Notes: generated by a model from the letters alone, not told the origin. A DNA stretch of 64,000 bases from Oscillospiraceae bacterium (GCA_015068735.1 SVJW01000003.1:9735-73734), one strand, 5' to 3'. Counted from the stretch's first letter, positions 36,054 to 47,233 are shown. Numbers and translations: made by a program.

Positions 36054-39000
36054 TTATGAATCGCTGTTTTTCTTGAGCATACGGCTTATAACTGCTGCCG
36101 ATTCTGCGCGGGTTGCATTTGCTTTTGGGTCAAAACTTCCATTGTTTCTTCCCTGCATAAGACCGGTATCTGTTACATAACGAACATAATCAATTGCCCA
36201 TTGTGAAATTTCACTTAAATCTGTATATGGAATTTCGGCACTTGAGGAAAATTCGTTGTCCGTATTACTTATTATGGAAATAATCTTTGCCATTTCCTCA
36301 CGTGTGATAGGATCATCCGGTCGGAAATTGTTATCTGCTGAAATAATGCCGTAATCCAATGCTGTCTGCACAATATCAGCATACCAGGCATCCTTCTTCA
36401 CATCGGTAAATCTACCTCTGTAGCTCTTTTCATTCCAGCCTTGTGAACGGACTGCGATAGCTACAAATTCCGCTCTTGTAATATTTCTGTCGGGATGGAA
36501 TAAGCCGTCGGCATCACCGTTTACAACACCTTTTTTCTGCATTTCTTCAATGTTTTCCTTTGCCCAATGGGTTGTAACATCGGCAAATACACTGCTTTCG
36601 CTTTCATCCGGATCTGTTGTTTCCGGTTCTTTTGGCTCTTCGGGGGCTTCGTCGGGAGTTTTATCTTCATCTCCTCCACCGCCACCTCCGCCGGCACCGG
36701 TAATTCCTTCAACCTTGCCTTGTCCCTGAGAATCTGTACCATTCTGTTCTCCGTTACCAAAGCTTGATATATAGTTTTCTGCTGCATTGTACGTTGTAAT
36801 AACATTATTTATAAATACTTTCTTGGGCTGTTTAGTATGAAGAATTCTTGTATTGGTAAGCTTCTGAGCATCGCCTGTGATGTAGGTGTTTGTACCTGTC
36901 ATATCAACATAAACATCATTATGCTGCTGATCTGATTCAAATACAACACTTCCGCTTTCGCTCTCTTTTATAAAACTACCGTCTTTTACAAGAATACCGC
37001 ATACATTTCCTTCTGCATCAAGCTGTACATATGCAAGCTGTGCATCGGTTTCATAGGGGCCGAAAGAACCACCCTCACCATCATGGCTTAGATAGAAATA
37101 GCCGGTAAATGCACTGCCGTACTGTACCATATCAATCTTTATTGCTGTGGTGTTTGTTCTTGAGGACAGCTTTTGCGCTGTAACTGAAGCCGTGGTATCG
37201 TCATTTGTAGGCATAATAACAGTATCAAGAGAGGTTGTGCCTGCAGCTACTTTTTCAAAGTATGCAAAAGGTGCCTCTTCAACCTTGGCATAGCTTCTTG
37301 CACACCAGCCAAGCTCTTTCTTAGTCTCAACAGTATTTCCGTCTGCCGATGCCAAAATAACATTTGATCCCGAAGTGTAATTTGAACGTACTATATCTGA
37401 ATCCGGCGAAATAGAAATTTTTGCTTCGGGGTACATATGCCATATCTGCTTATAGTTATTTCGTACAGAGTTATCCTCCGGTTCCATAAGGTCAGACACA
37501 ATAAACAATCCCGGCTTAATAAACGTAATTATTCTTGTATGATTTACTCCGGGGTTGTTGGGAGTTGTCTGGCTGAGATAGTCAAAGGCACTATTAGTCA
37601 CAAACTCGTTTGTTGTGCCGTAGGTTGCCCTTTTATCTTCAGCATTGTAGAAGCTTTGCTGCGATGTATCATTAACAAGTACAGTATTATGTGCCTTGGT
37701 TGAATCACCGTATACACTATACGGGTCATCTTTTGCATAGCTGAAATATCCTGAGTCTATAAGAAGAGTTCTGCCATATGCTCTAAGCACTATTGCGTTA
37801 TAATCTTCGTGTCCGTGAGGACCGCCGCCTCTTGCCTGAGTAAAGAGCCACGGACTGTTCTTTGACCAGTTTGCTCTGAGGGTTGCAACGGTTGAATCGG
37901 TAAACGCTCTTGAAGTCCATGAAGGTTCCTTTCCGCTCTTTCCGAATGTAACGATATACTCAAGTTCCTTATCATCAAACCACTTATAAATCTGAGTATA
38001 AGCAGATGCATCTCTTTTTCCCAGACCTGAGTCACCATACTGTGGGTTTACGCCATCCGTTGAGTATAACAATGCCTGATAGTAAGCAAGGTCGTGAAGT
38101 CTTTGGTCATATTCCTCAGAAACGCCTATTCCGCCTGACATCATGTCTCTTTTGAATGCCACAAACTCACTTAATGCACCGCCACCGTAGGCATCACTTG
38201 CTTCAAAGTAGGAGCCATCATTCATGGTATTGGTAAATATGGTTTCGTTAAGAGTATCTACACTTGTTGCATACCAGTTGCGTCCGTCTCTTGAATCCTT
38301 GAATTCAGGAAGAAGTAACGCCATATCCATAAGCGCCTGCATCTGATACTGAAGTGCGTTACTAGGAGGAGACCGATAATAGGTTATAAAGTTACCGTAA
38401 TCCCAGATGTTTTTAAGCCATGCTGTACAGAAATCCGGCGTAGCATACTCACTCTTTATGAGAACCGGAAGGGTATCAAGCCAGTTCGGTATTCTAATGG
38501 CCGCTGCCAATCCTGAGTTGTATATACCTCTGATACCGTCTTCAGCATATGTTCCGGAAGCATCACCGCTTGTATAGCCACCGGTGTCCGTAATAAAGCT
38601 TTCTACAATACGCTGCGCCTTATAAGCATAGGTTTCATCACCCGTCATTTGATATTCAACTGCAATAGCCGGCCAGCAATAAAATCTTGTAAACTGCGAC
38701 CAGTATTCTACATCACATCCGGGAATGTTTTCCCAACGAGGTTCGTCGGGAAGACCATTGAACGAGTAGATGTAACCGATCATATTATCCCAGATTGCAT
38801 TTTCTCTTGTCCAGTTTGCATTAGGCTCGTAAAGAATTATTAGTCTCTTTTCCTCTGCAAAATCCGGACCTGCATGGGCATAAAGCACAAGATTTGCTTT
38901 GCTGATAGTATCTTCCTCGCTAAGCTCGGACAAGTCAAATTTTATAAATCCCTGTTCAAGACCATCACCTAAGAATTCACCGTAGTTGCGAACTTTTATA

Positions 39001-42000
39001 TATTCGCTGTCAGCGTAATTTTCATTTCCGTAAACACCGGCTCTTACCATCGCATCATCCGAAGCATAGAATGTACGCTCCTCGCCGTTTACTGTCAGCT
39101 CAAGTCGTGGACGCATAGCCACATTTTCCGCATCAGAACGTGCAAATTCCACATATGTATCCTCGTTATACCATGCTCGTACAGTAAATACCATTGTTCC
39201 ACTTTTTGCAAGTCCGTCAGCGTTTATTGTCGTAGCATAGGAATCCCACTTTTTCCCTACAGTCATATCGCCTCTGTAATATGCGGTACGCTGCAGATGC
39301 TGGAATCCGTCGGTTATCATATTTGCCCAACCGGTATTTCTCTCACCTGAGCTAAGAGTAGATGTATTCTTTCGCTCATTTTGAAAATAGTTAAGAAGGA
39401 GTTTCTTTGCTTCTGTGTAATCTCCATTTGCATTTTTTACAGCTTCACCGATTTTTTGCATCGAACTGTTATAACTGTAGTCCCACTTTCCTTCTGTAAT
39501 CCATCTGTTTTCACTAAGGCTGTAAACACCAAAAAATTCCTCATCAGTCATATGCTGCGGGTCTACAAATTCTTCATCTGCAAGAACTGTAAAAGTTAAC
39601 TCTTTAGTCGCAGTGATACCGCCTCTTGAAACAGTTGCCGTAAGAGTAACCTGCGTATCCTCCTGATCACAGCGGGGCTGTGTTACTCTACCTGTTCCGG
39701 TAATATAGTTCTCATTATCTGATACCCATGTAATACTACTTCCGTACATTCCTGTATCTGTCAGACTGAGACTGTGCTTTATGCCGTCAGAGGGGTCATC
39801 ATTAGGAGACAGAAGTTCCTCCGTCAGATTCTGCAAATCTTTTTCAACAGCACTACTGTCCTCGGTAACTACCGGAGATACATTAAATGTAAACTCATCT
39901 GTATCTGACAAATTGCCTGCTTCTATGGTTGCAGTAAGTGTAACTGTCTGAAGAGAATCGGTTTGCATAACCTTTCCGTCTGCTGAAATTACGTCTGGAT
40001 TACTTGTAGTCCAGCTTATTTTACTGCCGTAAATACCCTGCAGTGGAAGATTCATATCACGACTTACATACCCATGTACTGCTGAAGGGTCATTGGCATT
40101 TAAGAACTGCTCGGGAATAAGCCATTCCTTATCCATGCGGATTCTGTCCTCTGCAATAGGATACGATTCGTAAAACTTTACATTATCAAGCTCCATATGG
40201 GCATCAATTGCACCCGTCCAGAACTTAATGTACTTTATATTTCCGTGATTGCTGAATCGTGAACTTTTGTTTTTTACAACCAACTCATCGTTAATCCATA
40301 ATGAATAGTTTGAACGGTTTGTATCCATAAGAATACGCATTTTTATGGTATCTGTATAGAAAGCAGTCTGCCCTTGTGAGTTTTTAAGAGTAAAGTTTCC
40401 TGCGCTGACATTTGCCTCAGGAATTGTGTCATCACCGAACAATACCATTCTGCCGTTATCGTACCATGTCATTCTGAAATACTCCTTGGTGCCAACAACT
40501 GCCATTCCCCAGGTGTGCTCGCTTTTGCCAATGGTAAATTCTAAAGAATAAATGCCCTTGGAGCTCTGCTGCATCTGGTCAAAATACATATCCATACGAG
40601 TCTGATCAGTGTTTACATTTTCCGTACGCAGAACATGCATTTTTTCATTCTTCAGATAATATATTCCGTTTTCCGTCAAATCATCCAACAAAACATTGGA
40701 ACTGTTTTTGTCAAAATTCTCTATAAAAACAGGTGTCTTTACCTCCGGGAATTCCCTCTCACCCAAAGCAGGCACATTAAATACAAATTCTTTTGTAAGA
40801 GTCTTTTCACCGTTGGAAAATACTGCTGTAAGAGTTGCAGTTCCTCCTGTTACAGCGTTTACTGTTCCGTCGGAAGTAATAACACTTTCGTTATTACTTG
40901 ACCACGCTATGAGACTTCCCGAAGCACCTTTTTCGGGGAAATCCAAGTCTTCTGTGATATGGTCATTTTTCTGCCAACTTAATCCTTTTACAGTAACTGC
41001 CGCCGCATCAAAGCTAAGGGAAGATTCTGCATCAAGAGTAGGATAATACGCCCTGATTCCGCTGATAAGAGCACTTCCCTCTTCCTGACGGAAGACTATT
41101 TTATCTATTTTTGAACAATCCTCTGCTCCAAGCCTGCCGTCTGCCAACATATCGCTGCCGTACCAAAGGCTGAATATTCCCGATACGGGATCTAAAACAA
41201 CAGTCACAGGTCTGTCAAAAAGACCTTGTTTTAATAAGGACCAATCTTTGTCGGTTATATTTTCGGCACCGTCGGAAGAACGAGTAAGTGCCAGAAGGCT
41301 GTTATCCTGCGTTTTCAGACTGAAACACACAGTTTCAGTATCATCATAAAATTCAACTGCTGTTCCGTCTCCCGATATCTGCAAGTTGAAAGCAAGAAGA
41401 TTTACTTCGCCTTTTCCGTCACTACGGAGAAGATAAGCAAATGAATCTCCCTGTGCCATCTCTGCACCTGCTTCTGTAGGAACAGGCATTCCTCCAAGGA
41501 CACTTACTCTGTCAGAAAAGCTGTTTCCAGTCATATCATCCTCAATAAGGTAACCTTTTTCTGCTGTGGGAAGTTTTTTCGCAGACTCTTTAAGTACGGT
41601 TATGTCAAAGGTCTTTGTCTTGGTGTTTTCCCCCAGTGTAATTGTTGCAGTCAAAGTAACATCTGCGTCCGCATCAGAAGGTCTTGTAACCGTTCCGTCT
41701 GTTGCTATAACAGCGGAATTTGAGCTTCCCCAGGAAATTGCACTTCCGTTTTTTCCTGTTTCCGGCAAGGATATCTTTCCTGTTACAGCATTTTGGGGTT
41801 CTTTTCCAAATGTACCGTAAGTGAGCCATTGGTAGTCCATTTCAACTTTTTCTTCTTCGGTTGCCTCGGCAATACCTACTCTGAAATAGTCCAAAGAAAC
41901 TGTATGATAGTTTTCTCCGCGCATTATCAGATCCATGCTCTGGAAATTACCTGCGTCTTCTGCATAGAAAGCGTCAGTAACGATACTTGTTCCGTCAATC

Positions 42001-42521
42001 CATACACTCATTCTCTGAGTAGTATGATTCAAATTAACCTTTACTGCCATCATTTCATTGATTTTTGCATCATTGTATAAAACTTTATCAACAGGAGATG
42101 CATTTTCTGCAGTACGGTAATAAAGGCTTACCGAATCATTTGTCTGAAAACGAAGAGATGTAATTACATTTTGGTTACTGTCGCAAAAATCAAATGACAT
42201 CTTTTTGCTTTCACTGCGTTTTACAGCAAATTCAACGGAAATCTTTGATTCTTCGCAAGGCGACTTGTCCTCGCTGTAATAAATTTTTACACGGTCTGTA
42301 AAATTTCGGTTGCTTTCTTCAGGACGGGTAACAGACAGCATTCCGCCGCTTATTACCATATCATTTATTCCTTCTGCATACTCAGCGTGACCGTCATCAG
42401 TATCAAAATCTGTACTATATAAATACGGAGAATCAGAAGCCTCAGCTACACTACCTGGATAAAAGGAAAATAAGAGGATAAAGCTTAAAGCTAAGCTTAA
42501 TACTTTATGTGTCGCTTTCAT
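36054..42521 (-). CDS. Giant SLH-anchored extracellular polysaccharide lyase (heparinase II/III-like catalytic region)
   Basis: Signal peptide, then three jelly-roll modules interleaved with Ig-like repeats (four repeats in total, motif GSxISWxSSNxxVIxxDGxV..VTLTAT). A DNRLRE-like module follows (FIKFDLSELSEEDTISKANLVLYAH). Then comes the heparinase II/III-like core (GGPHGHEDYNAIVLRAYGRTLLIDSGYFSY, KAHNTVLVND), a poly-Gly/acidic linker, and three C-terminal SLH domains. Confidence 0.85.
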   Translation of the reverse strand: MKATHKVLSLALSFILLFSFYPGSVAEASDSPYLYSTDFDTDDGHAEYAEGINDMVISGGMLSVTRPEESNRNFTDRVKIYYSEDKSPCEESKISVEFAVKRSESKKMSFDFCDSNQNVITSLRFQTNDSVSLYYRTAENASPVDKVLYNDAKINEMMAVKVNLNHTTQRMSVWIDGTSIVTDAFYAEDAGNFQSMDLIMRGENYHTVSLDYFRVGIAEATEEEKVEMDYQWLTYGTFGKEPQNAVTGKISLPETGKNGSAISWGSSNSAVIATDGTVTRPSDADADVTLTATITLGENTKTKTFDITVLKESAKKLPTAEKGYLIEDDMTGNSFSDRVSVLGGMPVPTEAGAEMAQGDSFAYLLRSDGKGEVNLLAFNLQISGDGTAVEFYDDTETVCFSLKTQDNSLLALTRSSDGAENITDKDWSLLKQGLFDRPVTVVLDPVSGIFSLWYGSDMLADGRLGAEDCSKIDKIVFRQEEGSALISGIRAYYPTLDAESSLSFDAAAVTVKGLSWQKNDHITEDLDFPEKGASGSLIAWSSNNESVITSDGTVNAVTGGTATLTAVFSNGEKTLTKEFVFNVPALGEREFPEVKTPVFIENFDKNSSNVLLDDLTENGIYYLKNEKMHVLRTENVNTDQTRMDMYFDQMQQSSKGIYSLEFTIGKSEHTWGMAVVGTKEYFRMTWYDNGRMVLFGDDTIPEANVSAGNFTLKNSQGQTAFYTDTIKMRILMDTNRSNYSLWINDELVVKNKSSRFSNHGNIKYIKFWTGAIDAHMELDNVKFYESYPIAEDRIRMDKEWLIPEQFLNANDPSAVHGYVSRDMNLPLQGIYGSKISWTTSNPDVISADGKVMQTDSLQTVTLTATIEAGNLSDTDEFTFNVSPVVTEDSSAVEKDLQNLTEELLSPNDDPSDGIKHSLSLTDTGMYGSSITWVSDNENYITGTGRVTQPRCDQEDTQVTLTATVSRGGITATKELTFTVLADEEFVDPQHMTDEEFFGVYSLSENRWITEGKWDYSYNSSMQKIGEAVKNANGDYTEAKKLLLNYFQNERKNTSTLSSGERNTGWANMITDGFQHLQRTAYYRGDMTVGKKWDSYATTINADGLAKSGTMVFTVRAWYNEDTYVEFARSDAENVAMRPRLELTVNGEERTFYASDDAMVRAGVYGNENYADSEYIKVRNYGEFLGDGLEQGFIKFDLSELSEEDTISKANLVLYAHAGPDFAEEKRLIILYEPNANWTRENAIWDNMIGYIYSFNGLPDEPRWENIPGCDVEYWSQFTRFYCWPAIAVEYQMTGDETYAYKAQRIVESFITDTGGYTSGDASGTYAEDGIRGIYNSGLAAAIRIPNWLDTLPVLIKSEYATPDFCTAWLKNIWDYGNFITYYRSPPSNALQYQMQALMDMALLLPEFKDSRDGRNWYATSVDTLNETIFTNTMNDGSYFEASDAYGGGALSEFVAFKRDMMSGGIGVSEEYDQRLHDLAYYQALLYSTDGVNPQYGDSGLGKRDASAYTQIYKWFDDKELEYIVTFGKSGKEPSWTSRAFTDSTVATLRANWSKNSPWLFTQARGGGPHGHEDYNAIVLRAYGRTLLIDSGYFSYAKDDPYSVYGDSTKAHNTVLVNDTSQQSFYNAEDKRATYGTTNEFVTNSAFDYLSQTTPNNPGVNHTRIITFIKPGLFIVSDLMEPEDNSVRNNYKQIWHMYPEAKISISPDSDIVRSNYTSGSNVILASADGNTVETKKELGWCARSYAKVEEAPFAYFEKVAAGTTSLDTVIMPTNDDTTASVTAQKLSSRTNTTAIKIDMVQYGSAFTGYFYLSHDGEGGSFGPYETDAQLAYVQLDAEGNVCGILVKDGSFIKESESGSVVFESDQQHNDVYVDMTGTNTYITGDAQKLTNTRILHTKQPKKVFINNVITTYNAAENYISSFGNGEQNGTDSQGQGKVEGITGAGGGGGGGDEDKTPDEAPEEPKEPETTDPDESESSVFADVTTHWAKENIEEMQKKGVVNGDADGLFHPDRNITRAEFVAIAVRSQGWNEKSYRGRFTDVKKDAWYADIVQTALDYGIISADNNFRPDDPITREEMAKIISIISNTDNEFSSSAEIPYTDLSEISQWAIDYVRYVTDTGLMQGRNNGSFDPKANATRAESAAVISRMLKKNSDS

Positions 42522-42546
42522 ATGAAGGTTCCTCCTTTTCCTTAAA

Positions 42547-45189
42547 TTATTCAACGATATTTACAACTACTATAGGGTTATTTTCATTTACAAGCATATA
42601 AACCGCCGATGCACCGGAGCCTACCTGACTGCTTCCTATTAATTCTTCCGGAACAGCAGGAGACACCATGTTTGTCTGCTTGTTATAAGTATAAATCATA
42701 GGACCGTCTTCACGAGGGATGACATAATTTTTAACTCTGTTTCCGATTTGTACACCTACTTTATCAACACGCTCGTTACGGAAATCATCAAGTCTGTCAA
42801 ACTCGGCATTGTAAACCAACGCATACACGCTCTCGTCACGCTGTCCCTCATGATTTATAAAGTACTCGTCATCAACATCATCTAAGGATGCCAGATAAGC
42901 AAGGTTTGAAATCTCACCGTCACTCTTTATTTCATAACGAATAAGATCCCCACTTTTAAGCGTCGATGCAATTTCTGTAAATTTTGAATCTTCATGGACG
43001 TACAGCGTTTCTACAGTATCACCTGTAAGAACTTCCATCTGATAACTCCATGTATCATCATAATTTCTCTTATTTCTGATTTTACCAATAATAGAAACTG
43101 CATCCGTATCGGCAAAAAGTCTTGTAGTTCCAGCATCCATATCAGCGATAATTACTGCACTCTCGGCAATTTGAGTTGTGCTGTCAATACGGATAGGAAC
43201 AATTGTATATGACGCTTCATCGGTAAGAGTAACTGTCTCTTTGTAATCTTCATCATCAGGATTGTTTTTCTTGGGAATACAAATAACCTGTGTGGATTCT
43301 CCCACATAGAAAGCAGGCTTATTGATGTAACCACCGAAAGAATTCAGTTTACCGTTAAGGTTGTATAAGTATTCAGTTTCCTGAGAAGCTCTTTCATATT
43401 CCGGTATATCGAATATTGCCAACGACTTAATCTTTCCTTCAGAATTCAATTCATAAGCAATTATCGCCCTGTCAAACTGATCAGGAGAAAGAGTTCTGCT
43501 GCTTATTTTACTCTTGTTTTCAAATTCATCATAGAAATTTATTCTATCAGCAAATTCATAAATTTCAGCTTCGCCGTTATCATAATTGTAAGTAATGATT
43601 TCTTCTCCCGCAGTTATTTTCACTTTCTTTTCACTCTGAGCAGGAGAAATAATCTCAATTTCCGGTACACGTCCACCTTCAAAGCCTAATACATAACCGT
43701 AGAGAGTATCAGCCGTAATTTCGCCCTTTACACCGATAATTTCACCTTCGTGGTTAAGTGCAAATGTACCATTGTCCCCTAAAGAATATTCCGTTAAGAA
43801 AGCGGAAAGATTCGGAACATATATTTTATAGTTCTCACCGTTTATTTTAACGGATTCTTCGTCCTTTTCGGAAATAGACCCCGTAACTGTATTTTCACTT
43901 ACAATTACACGTACTTTCTCCTCTTTAAGATCTGCCCATACGGAAATAACATCACCTTGTTTTATAGAAGAAAATTCGATTTTTTCCATATTTTCATTAT
44001 AGAAATCGTAATATAAATCTTCGTTATCAAAATCAAAGCGTATACCGTTTTTTCCGCGGAATGTATATCCGCTCTCAAAATATACTGTATTGGAATTTGA
44101 AATCACTTTATCAACAATAAAGCTTTCATATTCATCAATAAAGATTACTTCATACTTTTTGTCATTATCATAATCCAGTGCTGTCAATGTACCCGACTGA
44201 GGAATCTCAATAGAGCTTCCTTCCGTGTTTCCTCCATTATAAATAACCTTCGGAGCATCAAATTTAATTTCTTTCCTGGATTTACGCTCAGTGTCATAGT
44301 AAACACATTTTGTAAGATCAAGGTTTTCTATATCATAAGCGGGGATTGTAAATTCATTGTTCAATTTGTTTACATAAACACTTGCAACAACAGGAACAGG
44401 GTTATTATCTCCGTAACGATAATATACTGTAACATTACGACCTAGAAGGCTTATAGCATCCTTATCTTCATATTTCAGTACAGTTTCTCCTACACGGATT
44501 TCACCTTCTTCAGTATTCCCAAGATCAGAAAGGTCTGTTGTTCCTGCCGCAGTCACAATACCACGAATACTGCTAAGTTCATTGAGTGATACAATCTGTT
44601 CGTAAAGAGTATCTTCAGAGACCCGTAGTTCTCCCGTACCCCAAACGGGTTCAAGGGTATTGCAGTCAAGCATATTATTGATGATGTACATTGCATGCTT
44701 ATAAGAAAAAACATCGTCAATAGGCGGAATATCCTTTAAAAGACCCAATTTTGAAGCAATGTTAATATATCCGTTGGGATATCCTCCTGCACTTTCGGCA
44801 GCGTCCTGCCAACCAAGTACACAAACAGCTATTTTTACAAACTGTTGCATATTTATATATTCGTCAGGAAGTAATCTTCCATCCCCTACGCCGTTTACAA
44901 ATCCAAGTTCATATGCGTAGTTGCTGTAGGGAGCAAGAGGAGAATCTGTCTGAACATCGGAAAATACAGACTCTGAATCGCTGTGATGTACTTCCGATCT
45001 GAGATACAATCGCAGAAGTGCACTAATTGCCTCCCCGCGAGTCATTGGAGCATCTGTTAAAGTGACATCCATAAGGTTTAACGGCTTAAGTCTTGCTGAA
45101 ATCTCATCAATATTTGCCGCCATACCTGTTACTACACAACTAATGCAGATTATTATTGAAAGAATAATGCTGAATATTTTCTTCAACAC
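42547..45189 (-). CDS. SLH-domain surface protein of unknown function (N-terminal SLH anchor)
   Basis: GTG start after an AGGAG SD. It has a signal peptide and SLH-like repeats (MTRGEAISALLRLY, DGRLLPDEYINMQQFVKIAV), followed by about 650 aa of beta-rich sequence with no motif I recognise. Confidence 0.65.
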   Translation of the reverse strand: MLKKIFSIILSIIICISCVVTGMAANIDEISARLKPLNLMDVTLTDAPMTRGEAISALLRLYLRSEVHHSDSESVFSDVQTDSPLAPYSNYAYELGFVNGVGDGRLLPDEYINMQQFVKIAVCVLGWQDAAESAGGYPNGYINIASKLGLLKDIPPIDDVFSYKHAMYIINNMLDCNTLEPVWGTGELRVSEDTLYEQIVSLNELSSIRGIVTAAGTTDLSDLGNTEEGEIRVGETVLKYEDKDAISLLGRNVTVYYRYGDNNPVPVVASVYVNKLNNEFTIPAYDIENLDLTKCVYYDTERKSRKEIKFDAPKVIYNGGNTEGSSIEIPQSGTLTALDYDNDKKYEVIFIDEYESFIVDKVISNSNTVYFESGYTFRGKNGIRFDFDNEDLYYDFYNENMEKIEFSSIKQGDVISVWADLKEEKVRVIVSENTVTGSISEKDEESVKINGENYKIYVPNLSAFLTEYSLGDNGTFALNHEGEIIGVKGEITADTLYGYVLGFEGGRVPEIEIISPAQSEKKVKITAGEEIITYNYDNGEAEIYEFADRINFYDEFENKSKISSRTLSPDQFDRAIIAYELNSEGKIKSLAIFDIPEYERASQETEYLYNLNGKLNSFGGYINKPAFYVGESTQVICIPKKNNPDDEDYKETVTLTDEASYTIVPIRIDSTTQIAESAVIIADMDAGTTRLFADTDAVSIIGKIRNKRNYDDTWSYQMEVLTGDTVETLYVHEDSKFTEIASTLKSGDLIRYEIKSDGEISNLAYLASLDDVDDEYFINHEGQRDESVYALVYNAEFDRLDDFRNERVDKVGVQIGNRVKNYVIPREDGPMIYTYNKQTNMVSPAVPEELIGSSQVGSGASAVYMLVNENNPIVVVNIVE

Positions 45190-45268
45190 ATCTCATCTCC
45201 TTTCCTTAAGGCAACTTCGGCATCAGAGTTCCCCCTGATGCCGTTTGTTGCTTTTGTGAGATTGTTAA

Positions 45269-47233
45269 TTAAAAAGTCTTTGAATATACCTCTGCTACAA
45301 GGGGTTCGAGGGTATTCTGATCAAAGATAAATACTTTTACAATCGCGTTTTCCGGAATTTCGTTAATTGTTGTAAGGTCAAGACTGATGCTGAATCCAGA
45401 AGCCAACGCATCTCCTTCGTAAAGAGTATCTGCCTGGCTCTGAACCTTGATAAGCTCACTGCCTTCTGCATCATAAAGAGCTGCAAATATTAAAAGATTT
45501 GCTGTGTTGTCGGAAGCCTGGTTTCTTACTGTTGCGGCAACAACGGCTGAGTCGTATACACTTCCTGCCTGAGGAGCATCTGTTCCCCAGTTGATTTCAC
45601 CAAAGCTATATGCCGACGGAATGGTAACGTCCTCGAATGTTTTGGATTCGCTCTTATCGCCATAGCTTACTGTAACAGTAATATCAGTTGTATCTGCCTT
45701 GATGGGGAAAATTAAATCTGTTCCGTTATAGTAACCCTTGCTGTCTGTCACTGTAACTGTAACACCTGTCTGGGGAAGGTTTGCTGTGTTGATGTTAACT
45801 ATATCACCATCACCGCCCATAGTAGCGACGTCTTCAACGCTATCTATAGAACGCATAACCTTATCGATTTTGTAGAAGGCATCGTCTGCGTCTTCGTAAA
45901 TTGTAAGATTATCTACTGTAATCGTAGCACCTGCTGTATTTGTTCTGAAATTAAATGCACTTATGTCAGAATACTTTGTTATAGGATTTCTCAGCGGTGC
46001 ATTTTCTATTTTCCTCTCACCATCAACCCAGATAGAAAATGTGTCAGTTTCCTTATCGATAAGGAACATGAGATTAACCGGCGTTGTTCCCAATATGCTA
46101 TCAAAAGACAAACTGCTGTTCTGATTCACCACACTGCCACCGGATGTACATTGGAGCATAGCTTTTGCATTGGCATATGTTCCTACACCAAGAGCAAGGA
46201 CATTATCTCCTGACGGCATAGTAATATCCATTGATATAATCATATCACGGCTTATCTGATCCATTTTTGTTAAAGCATCACTGCCAAAATACCAGCAATG
46301 TACTGCTTGATCCTGTGTTATAAGAAGTTCGCCTGTTGTTGTGATGCTCATATCTGCACCATTACTTGCGGAGTTTCCGCCGGCACTCATATTGATATTT
46401 ACATTTTTATAGCCATAATCATCAGCGGTTGCATCTGTTACGCCGTTTATGTAATCAAAAGTTTCCTCGTAAACAGGGTCACCTGATGCGGAAGGCATAT
46501 AGGGGGTTTCAACTACAGTTTTTTCTACTAAAGGTATGATTTTAACATCATCTATATATAAAGATTCGCCGGTTGTACCGCCGTATAATTTTATATACAT
46601 ATTATAAAGGTTTGTTCTGTTTGTTTGTGCTATTGCTCTTGACTGAGTATCTCCTAATACCAGAGTATCGTTAACCCACATATAATGCTTATGATTTTCA
46701 AAATCGTAAAGCTGCTTTATTGTGTTTTTGTCGCTCGTTTTAAGTCCACTGAGATTTTTCAAAGTGCCTGTGCCATCTTTTACATCCATCAGCCCTGTTC
46801 CGAAATGGAAATATACTCCGGTCTGGATTGTATTTGCTGCTGTGCCTATATTTACATACACATCACCTAAAGACGCACTGCCTTCTAATGTGTACTCCAA
46901 ATAAAACTTCTTACTTTCAATACTACTTGTATAATCTCTCAACAGATTTGTAACTGATGAAAATTGATCTCCGGTACTTGAATTGGTTGATTTTGTCAGC
47001 GCCAATCTTTTATTTGTTGAGTCGAAGTTTGCTGTTCCTGTAGCCATAGTACCAAATGCTGCTACAGATGTTTCGTTTTCAAAGGTTTGGATATATGTAG
47101 GTGTATCCACGGTATAATTTGCAAGAATTATTTCAAGAGTATCTCCCGTTGCAGCACTTGCATCTACTGCAAACAACGCCATTGTCATTCCCAAAGCAAG
47201 AATTAAGGACATTGCCTTTTTTAAAGTTTTCAT
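45269..47233 (-). CDS. Secreted protein with two jelly-roll modules related to those in the giant lyase
   Basis: Signal peptide MKTLKKAMSLILALGMTMALFAVDASA. The recurring block is hydrophobic-W-[VI]-[DN] (HYMWVNDTLV, FSIWVDGERK), as in the lyase (MSVWIDGTSI, YSLWINDELV). Confidence 0.6.
   Translation of the reverse strand: MKTLKKAMSLILALGMTMALFAVDASAATGDTLEIILANYTVDTPTYIQTFENETSVAAFGTMATGTANFDSTNKRLALTKSTNSSTGDQFSSVTNLLRDYTSSIESKKFYLEYTLEGSASLGDVYVNIGTAANTIQTGVYFHFGTGLMDVKDGTGTLKNLSGLKTSDKNTIKQLYDFENHKHYMWVNDTLVLGDTQSRAIAQTNRTNLYNMYIKLYGGTTGESLYIDDVKIIPLVEKTVVETPYMPSASGDPVYEETFDYINGVTDATADDYGYKNVNINMSAGGNSASNGADMSITTTGELLITQDQAVHCWYFGSDALTKMDQISRDMIISMDITMPSGDNVLALGVGTYANAKAMLQCTSGGSVVNQNSSLSFDSILGTTPVNLMFLIDKETDTFSIWVDGERKIENAPLRNPITKYSDISAFNFRTNTAGATITVDNLTIYEDADDAFYKIDKVMRSIDSVEDVATMGGDGDIVNINTANLPQTGVTVTVTDSKGYYNGTDLIFPIKADTTDITVTVSYGDKSESKTFEDVTIPSAYSFGEINWGTDAPQAGSVYDSAVVAATVRNQASDNTANLLIFAALYDAEGSELIKVQSQADTLYEGDALASGFSISLDLTTINEIPENAIVKVFIFDQNTLEPLVAEVYSKTF

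Noticed and set aside
36640-36720. A GC-rich GGTGG/GGAGG-type run that looked like a DNA microsatellite.
   Set aside because: On the minus strand it encodes the poly-Gly/acidic linker (GAGGGGGGGDEDK) between the lyase body and its SLH domains, so it is a coding low-complexity stretch and not a separate repeat feature.
45219-45242. The hairpin GGCATCAG..CTGATGCC between the 654-aa and 880-aa genes, considered as a terminator.
   Set aside because: - On the transcribed (minus) strand it is not followed by a U-tract.
- The downstream gene has its SD close by.
- It is probably an intra-operon stability or attenuation hairpin at most, which is too uncertain to annotate.
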